Numbered from the stretch's first letter, positions 1-22,119 are shown. The stretch is DNA of 40,977 bases from Priapulus caudatus (GCF_000485595.1 NW_014577061.1:554824-595800); one strand, 5' to 3'. The notes: generated from the sequence alone by a model not told the origin. Program-made: numbers and translations.

Positions 1-352
1 CCTCTCGCCAACGTAGTGTTAAGCGAGAAGGGAACTTGTGGCTAGTTTTAGACATGTTATATAAGGACCTATTTTTGGCTCAGTTTTCAAATGCCACTAC
101 AGCCATTGTAATATGTGATATTCGAAATTGGAATTTGTGATCGAGAATCGATCTGGGTTTCTTGCAGTAACTTTGCACTGTAATTGATGCCATTTGCACC
201 TAGCTTGGTTCGACTAAATCACAAAAATCTACTCATGGTGGATTTTAAGCCAATGCAAAGAGATAGTATGACACTACAGAGAAGATAGGCAATAGTGAAT
301 AGTTTACATTGAATATTTTGCTTGCAAAAAATTCACAATGCCTGTGTAGCAC

Positions 353-958
353 TATAGTAATACCACCTGCCTATATAAGTCCACTTTGGCATTTCCTTTC
401 ACTGGGTGCTATATATACAGGTATCAGGGGCGGATCCTGGGCTGAAGCTAGACAGTATTTTTCCAGATTTTAAAGGCACATCCCCCAAAAAGGACACACC
501 ACCCCACAGTGGGTGTTGTTAGGCGCGGAAGCACATGGCGGGGGGTCTGGGGGCCTCCCCCAGGAAATTTCAAAATTTCAAGCGTCCCTGGACACAAAAA
601 TGAGCACCATTTGAGCACACATTTAGTCAAGCAGCAATAGCTAAAAACCATATGGAATTTTATTTCTGCTTCATATTTTGCCTGCGCTTTGCATACCAGC
701 AATTAATGCAGAATGATTCAAGCACTTCCCTTCTTTTTCAGATATCAAAGCTAGTTTTGTTACCATGTAAAATTTTGATTTTCTTCAAGTCCTGTCAATG
801 AATCAGAAGAAAAAGAAAACAAATAAAGAATATAGCCAAATTCCACCAAATTGTTTTCTGTATTTTTTAGCGCAAAATTTTGAAGGGCACTTTGAAATCT
901 AGACCGTATTTCCCAATACGGCAAATACGGTCTGAATCCGCCCCTGGGTATTACTGTA
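353..958. mobile_element. Short Tc1/pogo-type MITE interrupted by the 425-946 element
   Basis: Ends TATAGTAATACC (353-364) and GGTATTACTGTA (947-958) are inverted with outer TA. Removing 425-946 plus one GGTAT restores an element of about 80 bp. Confidence 0.55.
425..946. mobile_element. hAT-like MITE with 5-bp TSD
   Basis: TIRs CAGGGGCGGAT / ATCCGCCCCTG; direct repeat GGTAT at 420-424 and 947-951. Confidence 0.8.
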
Positions 959-1052
959 CGTATGTCATAAATCTTAGGCTCGAACCAATTTAGAAGAATA
1001 TTCACAAGTACAATGAGCATGAGAAAATAATGGCTGTTTTACTTTTGGACAG

Positions 1053-4000
1053 GTTGTTGATTTAAAAAAAGAGTTGAAGACACATGGTCTGTCCATAGTT
1101 GGAAACAAAAGTGAACTTATAGACCGACTAAAACACTATTTGCGAGAAAAGCATGGACTCCCCAAAGATGAGGAAAATATTGAGAGTGAGCATGGTGAAC
1201 AGGGTACGTAGACAGCAGCCTTCCAACTCCAAGATCACTAGGCCAAAACAAAATATAGGTGTGGGTACGGTTTCCCGACCGACCCTATTTATTCCCAGCG
1301 ACCCTAAACATTTTATTGTCAATTTTCTTTAAAGTAAAAAAATAAATAAATAAATAAAATAAAATATGAATTGGACAGTTCCTTCTTCAAAAGGCACAAC
1401 CTTCGGACATGGTTCGTAAATAAAATATTTCAAGAAAATAAAATGTTTTCCCTACCTACCTACCCTATTTTTTTTCGGCATGTAATGGTAACCACACATA
1501 TATTTTGTTTTGGCCTAAGTGAATGCAGAAAAATAGTGCAGAAGAACAAACCCCAGCAGTTAATATTTGTGTCTTCACTGTCAACTACACAATGATTGTA
1601 AAATTTGATTTTTTGGCACCAATTGAGGTTCCAGGTCATTCACATTTATCCAGTGTTTTTGACGTCTTGATGTTCATTGAATTGGATTGATTCATCCTGT
1701 TTTCTGATCTGTCACTATTTCTAATTCAATTGATAGTTTATTTTTCAGTCGTGAAATTTCGCAGTACGAAGAGTAAATTGTTGAAATATTGTCTGGCAAT
1801 GGAATAGAATCATGACTGGCAGTTTGTCACCTTGATTGACCCGAGCTATGAAGATGGATTAAATCAAGAGCGTATTAATAAGGAGAGCGTACAACGGTGA
1901 AATGCTGAAACAATGTTGCAGTATTAGTCGAATTAAGAAACTTTGCCCGTTTTATTTTGACGATTCTTTGCAGTAGTATTGATCAGCTGTCCTACCTTGC
2001 TAATATAAAACAAACTGCTTGTCCCTACGATGCTCCTACGCTGAGATAATGAGCGGTGAAAATGTGGTATTTTTGCCGAAAACCAACGAGATCCCTGCTG
2101 GCTGTGACCCTCTCTCGTTTTGTGGCCAGTATGTTGCTTCCGGTCGCCGCTGTGTAGCACCATGGTAGCGCTGACTCATTACGTCAGTACTACAGAGTTT
2201 ACTACATCCAGTGTGAGGTGGGCACAGGTGGGGGCCATCACTATGGCAATCAATAACAGACGACATTCATTCCATTTGTCAATCATTGATGGAAACATGC
2301 GAGGTTTCCCGAAGCTATCTCAAATCGAGAGAGGGTCACAGCCAACAGGGATCTCGAGTCGGTTTTCGGAAAAAATACCAGATTTTCACCGCTCATTATC
2401 TCAGCGTATGAGCATCGTAGGGACAAGCGGTTTGTTTTATATTAGCAAGGTAGGACAGCTGATCAATAATACCGCAAATCGTCAAAATAAAACAGGCGAA
2501 GTTTCTTAATTCGACTAATACTGCAACGTGGTTTCAGCATTTCACCGTTGTACGCTCTCCTTCTTAATACGCTCTTGATTAAATCCGTATGTTTCCATTA
2601 ATGACTTGATTCTTCTCTCGATAGACGACGACGAGGAAGAGTTTGGAGACGAGTTACTAGAGGAGGTTGACAGTGGGGAGGAGGGGGATGTCAGCATAGA
2701 TGCCGATATCACTCTTGCCCTAACAACGGGCGAGAAGAGTATCGGTAGCCTGGACAGTAGCTCAGCAGAGGAAAAACAACCGTGAGCATTTGTCATCCCA
2801 GTAGCAGAAATGGTCGCCAAGAAACTCCCGAGATATTTCTTCTTGAGTCAACCTTGTGTTTTAGCACATGATCGTTATGTTAGCATGATAATTTAATTAT
2901 TAATGAAATAGGAGTCCCATAATCTTTGAATATAATTTGAACCATACAAGATATTCTACTGTACGATCTAAATTATTTTCCTTTGTAATCAAGCTATCAT
3001 TGAGTTTAGTGTTTGTCTTTCAGAGTTGTAGACCAGGCAAATGAAAAACCAACAGAATTTCACGAGAAAGTAGTACTTGCATCACTTGCAGATATACCCG
3101 CAGCTGATGTATGTATGCACAAATGTCTGATTTCAAGAATTCATTGAATTAACTTTATTTAAAAAATACATAATAAATAGAATCAATACATTACAATAAA
3201 TTACTTTAATCAAAGTGCCATTCGTATTTTTGCAACTACAAGAAGATGCCCATGCCATTCTGTGTGTTTATAGAGAAAAGCACAGAGAGCACAAAAGTTT
3301 AGCAATGGGTCTACTGCTTTGGATAAGTCAAGTGCCGACCCTGACACAAAGAAGAAATTGAGAGCTGAGAGGTTTGGACTTCCCCTCAAGTCTGCTAGTC
3401 AGCCAATAACAGGCGGCACTGAATCTGTGGTGCGTGAAAATACCGTAATATCCCGTAGAAATCATCACAAATGAGCTGTGTACTAAATCTGTTATTGGAT
3501 TAATCGTATAATTAAAAATTCCACATAATGTTGTGCTAGTAAATGCTGAATTTCGGTTGTACCACTCCTCTGGATATTGTTCTCCTGATGTTATGTATAC
3601 GGGAAATAAATCCTAAAAATGCCTGCCTACAAATTCTCACTGGAAATGCTAGGTTTGGTTATCACAAACATCTTATTAGCTGGTAGCTTCAGCTTCTTAT
3701 CAGGCATATAATCTTCCATCATTATGTCGGTAGTCACACGTTTGTTTAGTATCGGCCATATAATGGCTAACTGTTCTCCGAATGTTTTATTGTGTTATGC
3801 AGAAAGCCGATCCGGATAAACTTAGCAAGCGGGCAGAAAGATTTGGCTTGGTTACGAAAGAGGTATGTATAAAAGTGTTATAGCTGTAAGCATAGATCAT
3901 TTCTAATTCTTTTTTATTAGCTCATCGCTTGATCGTCCGTCCGTCCGTTCGTCCGTCCGTGCGTGCGTGCGTGCATGCGTGCGTGCGTCAACAGTTGGGC

Positions 4001-6466
4001 ACAAATCTTAACCGCTCACGTACGGTCACGATATTCGGGACGTGGGGGGGTAACCCGAAAACGAGTTGGGATGTCGAAGCTGGGGGTCAAAGGTCAAAGG
4101 TCAAGAGGTTAAAAGAAGGGGGAACATCCCGATCCTTAACTTAAGTATTAGGGAGGAAAGGCAGACATTGCCGGCACCAAATCTAAACGGCTCGACCTAG
4201 GCCGTGCATAGTCGTACTACATCATGGTAGAAAGCCATCCACGTGCGAAATTGAGTCAACGAGGTCAATGAGGGCACAGTCAGATTTAGACTTTTACTGA
4301 GGACAATGGTCTTGACGGAGCGATTGAAAAAACTTTTTGTATTTCAGTGCCAGCGGTGACCTAGGCATTTTTATGCTTATGAATAGGACCCATGAAATGT
4401 GCTTTCCACTGACACGTCGAAGAGTTAAGTGCTCGATAACCTTGACTCCTCAACGAGAGGGTATAAATGGCTTTGTTTACTTGTCCACGAAAGAATTGAC
4501 TGCGCGGTTGTTGTAGTAAATCTATACATGCCTGATGTATGAGAGCTACAATGTCACAGTGAAATTTCAAAAGCTAAAATTTGGTTGAAGAAAGGTTACT
4601 GCTTCCCTTAATCGTATAATTGCTATGCATGCGTAGCTGTCAGTCGTGTTACATGCGACTGTAACCAGCGCCATGCATGGTGGTGATAGTACTGTGTAAG
4701 GTTTGCCTGCGTTTGTAATTAGTTACAGTGGCAGCTCTCTATTTCAGCCTGTAGGTCTGCGTAGCGTAAATGGATAGTGCGTACCGTATTCGCCTTGCAA
4801 AGTTTTGCAACTACGTACGATGGGAGCTTCCATCTTTAATCTAAGAACACGCTTAAACTTACACGCCATCCTCGTGGCAACTTTTCATAACGATCGCAGC
4901 GAACATTCCTTTGAGAAGGTTGCTGATACCATCCCTGTGCCTTCCACTGTTTCGTCGCGTATGTGAACACATTTGGGACTAACAGGGTTTACTAGAATCC
5001 CACCACTCCACCACAGAGTCACCGCAGTAGACGTTAGATGAGCGCTGTCGCTCCGCGGCACTTGTTTGGATTGATTTTTTTTATTATAGGATTGGTATTA
5101 TGGTTGCAGGGCATCAGCAGGAGACTATTGATCTACAATTCGTTTTTAATGTAGCCATTATAATTGCTTGATTTCTTGTATCATTCTTCAGACAATCGAG
5201 AATAAAAAGATACAACGTGCCAAAAAGTTTGGAATCTCAACGTCAACCACACCAGTTACAACGGTAATTTGTTAGTGAATATTGTTGGAAAAAAATTATG
5301 GAAAAGTGGTTCTGGCAGCAATAAAAACATGTCTACTCTCAGCCACTCTTGCTCTCTCTTCAACTGTACCTTAAAATATTTGCAGAGTGCAGAAGCAAAG
5401 GACCGTGATGCCATCTTAAACAAACGGAAAGCGCGGTTTGTAGATGGAGCAGCAGCATCGCTCACTGTACGTGTTTCACTATAGTATTCGTAGAGGAGTT
5501 GCTCTAACTATGCTGAGCCTTGACAAGGTTGATGAGTTAAATTGAAAATTTCTGCAAAGAAGTTATTATACTATGCTGTGGGTGCTAAGTAAATTTTTAG
5601 ACAATCTTATCTTTCCACTGAAATGCTGAGTTGGGTTACTGTCAAAGTGTCAAGGTATAATATTTTGTGGGTGGCTTAGTTACTATTGCTTGCAACTGTG
5701 CATGTAGAACCAAGGTAAGGGAAACAGAATATCTAAACATTTGTTTACAAACTTATTTGTTATGATTGCTGTGATAGTCTGTCAATTTGAATTGTTGCGA
5801 GATCACTTGGCTTCTAGCTATACACCTACCTGTCCTCTAAACGGAAATATTAGGGTACAGAAATAGGGAATGCCTCGAGGGAGAGCCATTTATATGACAG
5901 CTGGAACTGTGTGTGAAGTGATACGTAGGCACCTGTGTGTCTAGAAAAGTGCATCTAGGCACTCTTAGGTGGCGTAGGTATGGGCGTCACTTGAATGAGG
6001 CGGGATGCTTAATGGTAATACGTGAATTAAAACTAGTGGCTAGAGAGGCAAATGTGTTTATAAGGCATAGGAACAGGTGAATGCCAATAGCAAGGTGGAA
6101 TTCTGCAGATTATATAGTAAGCAGAGGACGATAAGGAACTTGCACAATAATGCATACCTACGCTGTCTGCTGAGGTAGTTGTGTGGGGGCTCAGGGAACT
6201 TTATAAAAAAATAACTGTATAGTGACAATGCTTAGGTATGTCATTTCTTTCCATTTAATATACACATTGCAAGTGATAATTCGCCTCTGCAAACCTGTTA
6301 GTAAACAATCGTGTTTGGTTAAAAATAACTTGTAAACATAATTGATATGTGGTATTGTGTGAAGTATGGATGGGTGTAAAAATCTGAAACACATAACTAA
6401 CTAGTATTTCTATTTCTACAGGAGGCAAAGAAAAAGCGGTTAGAGAAGTTTGGCCAGCCAGCCTAA
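1053..6466 (+). CDS. SARNP: SAP domain-containing ribonucleoprotein (SARNP/CIP29/Tho1 homologue), 5'-partial, 8 coding exons in window
   Basis: Hand-spliced GT-AG exons with consistent phases: 1053-1203, 2625-2781, 3024-3108, 3274-3429, 3803-3862, 5192-5263, 5386-5466, 6422-6466 (TAA). Translation: SAP domain VVDLKKELKTHGLSIVGNKSELIDRLKHYL, acidic linker, then RAQKFS/RAERFG/RAERFG/RAKKFG/RKARFV/RLEKFG motifs ending EAKKKRLEKFGQPA*, matching SARNP architecture. Start-codon exon not identified. Confidence 0.92.
1241..1515. mobile_element. MITE in SARNP intron
   Basis: About 28-bp TIRs GGCCAAAACAAAATATAGGTGTGGGTAC / GTAACCACACATATATTTTGTTTTGGCC, flanked by TA on both sides. Confidence 0.75.
1866..2576. 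mobile_element. Long-TIR non-autonomous element (Mutator-like/foldback)
   Basis: Highly similar inverted arms of about 255 bp (1866-2122 vs 2321-2576); 9-bp direct repeat GATTAAATC at 1857-1865 and 2577-2585. Confidence 0.8.
3911..5067 (+). mobile_element. Helentron-associated non-autonomous element (HINE/DINE-1-like), copy 1
   Basis: T-rich start, TTAGCTCATC subterminal motif with inverse GATGAGC at 5037-5043, (GTCC)n/(GCGT)n microsatellite, GGTCAA repeats, 3' hairpin TGTCGC-TCC-GCGGCA then CTTGTTT. A diverged inverted copy lies at 40069-40977. Confidence 0.75.
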
Positions 6467-7447
6467 ACCCAGCAATGAGCTAATATGCTAATTGTTTACA
6501 CGTGCCCATGTGTGTTTGTGTTATCAAATCCAAGGCGTATTTAACGATTTGGGAATTAAAATTAGGATAAATTGGGACCAACTTCCACAGATATTCTTGT
6601 CCGTTTGTGACCCATTGGTTGCAGATATTTTGCTTGTAGTTCATACTATATATTAATTGTGTTAAAAAGATTTGAAAATTACTTAAGGATTGGTCAGGGC
6701 AATAATATCTGCTGTAAATGCTTGAAATTACTTCTTGAAAATATATCTTGGTAAAAATTTCTTTGGGCATGTCAACCATTTGCCCTTTGTGGCAATGTTT
6801 TCTCTATCGCTCTGCGGGAAGTTGAGTGTAATGAAGTATGTGGAAGGGAAAACTCATTTGGAGTTTCATTTGTATTTGGTAAAGATATATTTTGTATCTG
6901 CGAAGGTGGCAGCAAATATATCTTTAGTGTTTTATAATGCAATCAGTAATCCTGAAAAGCGCATTTTATAATTGGGGAGCATGTTGTATGTTATCAAATG
7001 GTCTCATTATTATGGTGCGTTACTGTAGTGACAAAACCATCTTTCTAGTTCAATGCATAGAGCATTCCAGGTAGTTTAATTTTAGATTGATTTTTGACAC
7101 TAGTTTGACTTAGTTTGTGATTCTATAATTTTAAATGCATTCATAGCTGTTCTTGAAAGCTATATGTCAGGGTAAAAATGAGTATTTAAATATGTATGTG
7201 TATTGTCTCTGATCATGTCACATAAATATCCATACTAAATGTACAACTTCTAAATCATATCTCGAAAGCTCCCTTCTACCAAAACCCATCACCAAAGTCC
7301 TCATTATGGATGTCTATTTCAACCTGATATTGATGGGCTTGTTTTTTAGAGTTGGTGCTTGTACATTTTAAACTACCATATTTTAGTGAAACGTTTAAGT
7401 AAACGTTTATTATATGTAACAAGTCAACCACACATTGATTTTCGTGT

Positions 7448-7453
7448 AATAAA
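7448..7453 (+). terminator. Candidate polyadenylation signal of SARNP
   Basis: AATAAA about 1 kb after the stop, followed by GT/T-rich sequence. Confidence 0.5.
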
Positions 7454-8061
7454 AATATAGTTGTTTTTCAATGCCGTAAATGTGTAAATTCTCTGTCCTG
7501 GTGTATGTTCTGTATGTAATCAATGTTTTCATGATCAAATAACGATTTCATCATATCAATGTATCAGCTTGAAAATTGTTCATCTTTACCTGTTTTCTAT
7601 CTACTCGCGAAATGACGCTCGTTACACTGATGAGACTACGATGATTTCTCTAAACCCCGGCCCGATTCATAGTAATCTCTTAGTAAAATATTGACTTGAT
7701 ACGAAGACAATAATACAAGGATCCTGTTACTAACATAAAATTTTCTGTCCCGGTATATTCATTTCTATATAAAACACTTTGTACACGCCTTCTAATCCAT
7801 TGTTTTTCTCTTCAAATTAAGGCTAATATAATATACGGAACCCGCTTAATACGATTATTTTTCTTTGGCCCGTCAGTTAATTTTTGTACTAAGGCTTTAT
7901 TTACTTGCAAGGTTTAGGCTTTGCAGTAATTGTATCTATTTGTGAACAATTTAACGCTACTAAAGTTCTTAATTATACATATAAACCATACCTTCATGCT
8001 TCCCCACGTATAATAAGTACTCTAGCAGGAAAAATCACGCAGATAAGGTGTATATATGTTC

Positions 8062-8197
8062 CCCTGACCTCTGTTTGACCTGGCTCGTTTAGCTATTTCT
8101 AACTAATATATATATATATATATATATATAATGTATATAGGGTTAGCTAGGGTTAGTCAGAAATAGCTAAACGAGTCAGGTCAAACAGAGGTCAGGG
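8062..8197. mobile_element. Small inverted-repeat element with (TA)n and TAGGGTTAG core
   Basis: 44-bp arms 8062-8105 and 8154-8197 with 2 mismatches. Confidence 0.7.
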
Positions 8198-8529
8198 ACT
8201 TGGGTTCTGTCATAGACTACTGTATCCATTATAGTCTGAATCTGTGGTTGGGTTTTTGCATAGATATATACAATTAACACGTGTTGACAATTTGATCAAA
8301 CAATGGTTGTTCAACGCAGCTAATGTCGTCATAAAATTAGAGAAGATGGCAAGTTTAGTGAGCAGAATGTATATTGAATGAACGTACCGTAGGCGAAATA
8401 GTATATGAGATCAGCTGCTAGCTTAATTTATATGTGTATGAGTGCAAAGCAACTGTAATCTGTTAGTTTGTATCATTAATTGATAGCACTAGGAAATCGA
8501 GGTTCTCTGCTTTTTGTTAGCAGGTATTC

Positions 8530-10826
8530 ATTCACCCATTGTGACCTCATCGATGATGATAAGAGATGTTCTTCTGACTAGTTATGCTAATCCACTGTTG
8601 TCCCTTATTGAGCAAAGTGATGTGTCTGTGAGGTTTATTGGTACTTTGAGCTTACTGTGGACTGTCCTTCCTCCAGCGAGCAAAGTTGCAGCAATGCCAC
8701 TGGTGGCTAAATCAAGACAAATTTTGCCTTGGCTTCTAACATATGATGTGATGGTTGTGAGAAGGAAAGTCTTTCCAGTTCCACCAGGAGCATCAATTGG
8801 AAAAAGACCAGGTTTGTTGTCATCAATTGCTGTCTTCAGAGCTAGGAATGCCTGTAGTTGGTCGTGGTTCAACTTTGCTTCATTGTCGTTTGTCTCCTGT
8901 TGAAGCCTTTCTTGAGAGTACTGTAGTTCTTGCTGCACCTCAATAGGATCATGTGTCACAAATTCAGTTGGCTGTGAAGGCTGTGGAAGGTTGAAGTCTG
9001 TGATCATGTCTTTGCCAGCTTCATGAAACATTGTTTGGAGTTGCAGCATAACTTGATTTATGATAGCATCTGTTGGTTCGGCAAATTTGTTTGGTTGAAG
9101 TCCTGACACAGTTCAGTTTTGAAGGTTTGAAAGAGCTGTGCAGGGTTTGCAGGCATTGCATGAATGAGCAATGTCACAAAGCAGTGTCTTAGTTGTGGGC
9201 CAAATTTAATTGTGGATGCCTCTTCCATAGCCTTGTAAGTTTCCTGGTCATCTTCAAATAATCCTAGATTAATGCAAGCCTGTTGGTATGTTTCACATAG
9301 CTCTTCATTTACAGTTCTCAGGTCTTCAAAGCTGGTAGGACCTTTAACATGGTAAAGGAGCATTCTAAAGAAGTATTTCTCCTTGTTGTGGCAGTTGATT
9401 GATATGACTGGAATTCGGCCAATCATGTCGCTTTTTGCTTCATCATTTGATATGTTGCGAGTTTTCCTTTTCCTTTGCGTAAACTTCTTGCATTTGGCGT
9501 CCCACATATAATGCCTTAGGATGTCAGTGTACAGGTATTGGCGTGCATTTGGGTCAATTGTATTCAGTGTAAAGAACTCTGTGAGTTGATTTTTTTCAGA
9601 ATGAGCTGCAGCATCTGCAGGATGTTGGTTTTTATGCTCGACTGGACGGACTTGCGGCCCCGGTTTTTGCGCACAGCGCACAGCTCGCGGTGAAGCCGCG
9701 CCCCAACAGCGAATACGCCGCCCCCTTTTTGTCCACTTAGACAGATACCTTAGACAGGGGTCTGAAAACGAACTCCGCGAAAACTGGGCGCAATCCAACC
9801 GACATTTCGTGATGGACGGCAGGAGGCCATCTCCAAACGGCCCCTAAACTTTTTTGGGGGTGGCGCGCCTCATGGCTAAGACGTAGTGACTCCTACAAGA
9901 AACCTCAAGAAATGCTGTCAATCAGCGATGACGCGCTCGCTCATTGGCCGCTACACGATGACGTGAGCTACTGCCGAGTATAGTGTTATGTCTATCACAG
10001 AGCTTTTAACGAAGTGTCGTACGGCGCTCCACGTGGGGGGGCGTGGTCTAGATGCTATCTCCAAAAGCGGCGCTGCCGTGGCGGCGCTAGCTGGTTGCGA
10101 ACGTGCCACGTTTCGACCAACCTGACCCCACGCTGCCCGTGGCGACGGCACGTCGTGCGAGCACCTGCGCTGGCGTGGCTAGCGTGGCAAACCAGCAGCA
10201 GCACCAAATACTGGTCCCTGCTAGCTGCTGCAGCGCGGCTCTGGAGCAGCAAAGTAGCAGCAGCAGGAAATGCCCTCCCCCCAAGGTCGCCATAGTCAAG
10301 CCGGTGTACGTCTCACAAAAACTGCGCGATGTTGCGCTTCCCGCTATACGGATTCGCGCGCCCGCCCTCCTTCGGCGCGCGAATTCGTATAGCGGGCAGC
10401 GCGAGATGCTACATACAACACCCGCGGTCGCGTGCGCCCAGTCCCGCGGAAGTGCGCGGCTTAACCGCTATCGGCGGTCGGGGAATAACGCATCTTTTGC
10501 GCAACGCCATCTTGTACCCGGTCTCTCTGGTTACCATCTGTTCATTTGGTAGATGAATGGGCATTTTGTGCACCGAGGGATACTTGTGGCTTAGATTAAA
10601 ACCATCGAGTCTCCAAGCAGCTTCTGATGCTGATATGTATCTTGCATCAACAAACCTCTGTATTTCATCATATGCCATTTGACCACTGCACTTGTTTCAA
10701 CCATAACACGGTCAGCACCTTTGTTAATGTACTTATACAAGTACTTGACACCACCAACAGAAGCAACAATTTCGACATTAATATGTGCTTGGTATTTCAG
10801 TAGTAGTACTGGGTTGTAGGAGACAT
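8530..10826 (-). mobile_element. Decayed Helitron RepHel fragment (Rep C-terminal part plus N-terminal half of Pif1 helicase), pseudogenised
   Basis: Minus-strand translations: YNPVLLLKYQAHINVE..VKYLYKYINKGADR (Rep tyrosine motif, ~10700-10826); DEIQRFVDARYISASEAAWRL..HLPNEQMV; FFRMLLYHVKGPTSFEDLRTVN..TYQQACINLGL; DAPGGTGKTFL (Walker A); ATSGIAATLLAGGRTVHS; IIIDEVTM (Walker B). Frameshifts near 10680 and 9100, stop at 8582, insertion ~9630-10532. Confidence 0.93.
9630..10532. other. GC/CpG-rich insertion of unknown origin inside the Helitron
   Basis: Abrupt GC shift splitting RepHel between EQMV and NQHPADAAA; contains a 29-bp-arm hairpin at 10334-10402. Confidence 0.7.
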
Positions 10827-12321
10827 GAGCAAGCTAGGTTACGTGACAGACTACTGTATCCCTTAGCCGGTGGTTGCGTGTTTGTAAGCCTACACCCAAT
10901 GCACCTAGCGGAAATGAACTGAATCGTGCATGTTTTCCAGGGAGATTTTCCATTCGATTTTCTAAATATGTTTTTTTAAACATTTAACCCAATAAATAAC
11001 AAAAAGGAAAGTGTTAGAATCGAACCTGATGCGTAGGAATGAAGCACGAAAAATTTAGCCGGATTCGTGCACGCGCCTAGAAGTTATGCAGAAACAAACA
11101 GAACAACACTACTCAAATTATTATATTATAGATACTTTCTTTACATGCAAAGTCAACAAACATTCACCGTTTACTCTGTCTACTATTTTATTATCTCAAT
11201 ATACAATGTTATAGGTAAAATACCATTATTTACAGATCGGTGCAAATGTGAAAACGCTGCAAACCGGTATTTATTCAGATGCACGCACTTACTTGCCTTA
11301 GCCAACCATAAAACAACTGATGCACTTTGGAAGGCATACCAAATAAGAAGTGCACTCACTGAATAACAAAACAATTTATTTTTTCTGTGACTTTATAGAC
11401 ATGATTCACCGTTTCTTAATGCAAGAATTCCATTATCTGAACGGGCTGCATTATATCCATGAAATGGTGCACACGGTATGTACACGCAGTAGGGTCCCCA
11501 TGAAACATCAATGGAATACAGCAACAAAAAACTCCTGTGTTGACATACTGGCCAGCCGACTCTCAAGGTAATGTGAACTTTCAATGACCAATCATAGCTC
11601 AAACAACAAAATGACATAAGATATATATGTATATATATTTATTTAGATAACATGTTCAGCGGATATATTAACATGATTAAAAATACTTCCTGACGCCGCT
11701 GTTTCATTAACTATGACGCCATGTCTAACAGAAACCATGGTTTACTAATAAAGGTTCCTCGCTGCAGCACCAATACTGATGGATCTCACGTCCAGCATCT
11801 ATATACACACACCCGTCATAAATCTCACTGTGACACCACACGTGTGACCCTCGTGCCATAATTCTGCGAGGAAAGCACACGAGTAATAATGCTCTCACAG
11901 TCTCGCAATGGCACCATGCGTAACAATGTCATGATATGTCCCGGCCACGAGTTGTAACGTTGGTATCATGAGCTTGCCATGATAAATATCCCACAAATCT
12001 CTGATAACACTCTTGCCTTCTTGTAGTAACAATGCCGTAGTCCGATTTGTATACATAGCATGTTTAGCTGTGACATCACAGCTGTATGCCAGCATGGCAT
12101 CGTTTAGCACTAACATTCATACTTACACCATTTGGCTGTCACTTTAGGAGGAAAGCTGTTGTGCAGCAGCTATCACAGTGACTTGAAATGTCTTGAAACT
12201 CTCTACACTGCACAAAGCATTCCCGTCTCTCTACACTGTACAGAGCTTTGCGATATCACTGATGGCTACTGCTGACGACGGGCAGTGTTGAGTCCCTCTC
12301 TACACTGTACAGGGCTTGATA

Positions 12322-21254
<8,933 letters not shown>

Positions 21255-22119
21255 TTTGTGGCAGTCGATCACATACGATCTGCGTCTGTACAGAAGAGGT
21301 GTATGGGATTAGCCGCAGAGTAATTGTTTCTAACACTGTGCTGCAGTTCAAAGGACTATCTAAGCTTTTTATATGTGTTGTATATGTTCATTTGGAAACA
21401 AAACAATTGATTAGAACATAGAACAAAATCTTAACCACAGACACTCAACTGTGTAGGTGCAAGGGTGATAGTGTGTTGAATGATATCATGAAGAGATGAC
21501 ATTAATGATTAATGGCATTCTCATATATACAAAATTGTCATAAATGTTTGTATGCACACTACAATTTCCTGATTTCCACATAAAAAAAATGTCGCAAAAG
21601 TTCCACGTTTAGCACAAACAAGCTTTGGGAACTGATGAATATAGTTGGCAAAATGTAAATAAACTGCCACGTACGTCTTATCTGTTCAAACAAAATTCAA
21701 GTAATGACTATAATGGTAAAAAATGTTTAATGAGAAAGTTGGAAACGTTGGAAGCGGAGGAGTTCGAATTTTACTAGTGGCTCAAATTGTAAATATAATC
21801 AAATGTATAAATTATGTAAAAAATTATTTACACTTTTAAAAATTGCAAACTTGTTTATTTTGAATGTTCAAAGTGCTGCTGTTAGTGTTGTGATAGCTGA
21901 GTTGTGGAGTGAAGGGCTATAGTTCTAGAGCTAGTGTTGCGATTTTAAGAGTGATGTACGTAAGCTGTAAGCTTGTAACTGCTAATAGTAATAAGCGTAT
22001 ACCGCATTTGTACCGCGCTAATAAGCGTGCTTGCAATACATTTTGTAAATATATCCTTGGTAGTTCTTTAAATTAATTCTTGTATATTGTAAATAATTGT
22101 AACAGTATGTATGGGTGAG

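Noticed and set aside
1933..2509. Pair of similar ORFs on opposite strands (FHRSLSQR..QNKTG)
   Set aside because: Product of the inverted arms of the MULE-like element.
8582..10678. Functional or domesticated Pif1/Helitron gene
   Set aside because: Frameshifts, in-frame stops, a 900-bp insertion and truncation after Walker B.
12060..12125. SECIS-like ATGA..AAA stem in the gene B 3' UTR, considered as selenocysteine recoding of the tandem TGAs
   Set aside because: The required GA quartet partner is not directly at the 3' base of the stem.
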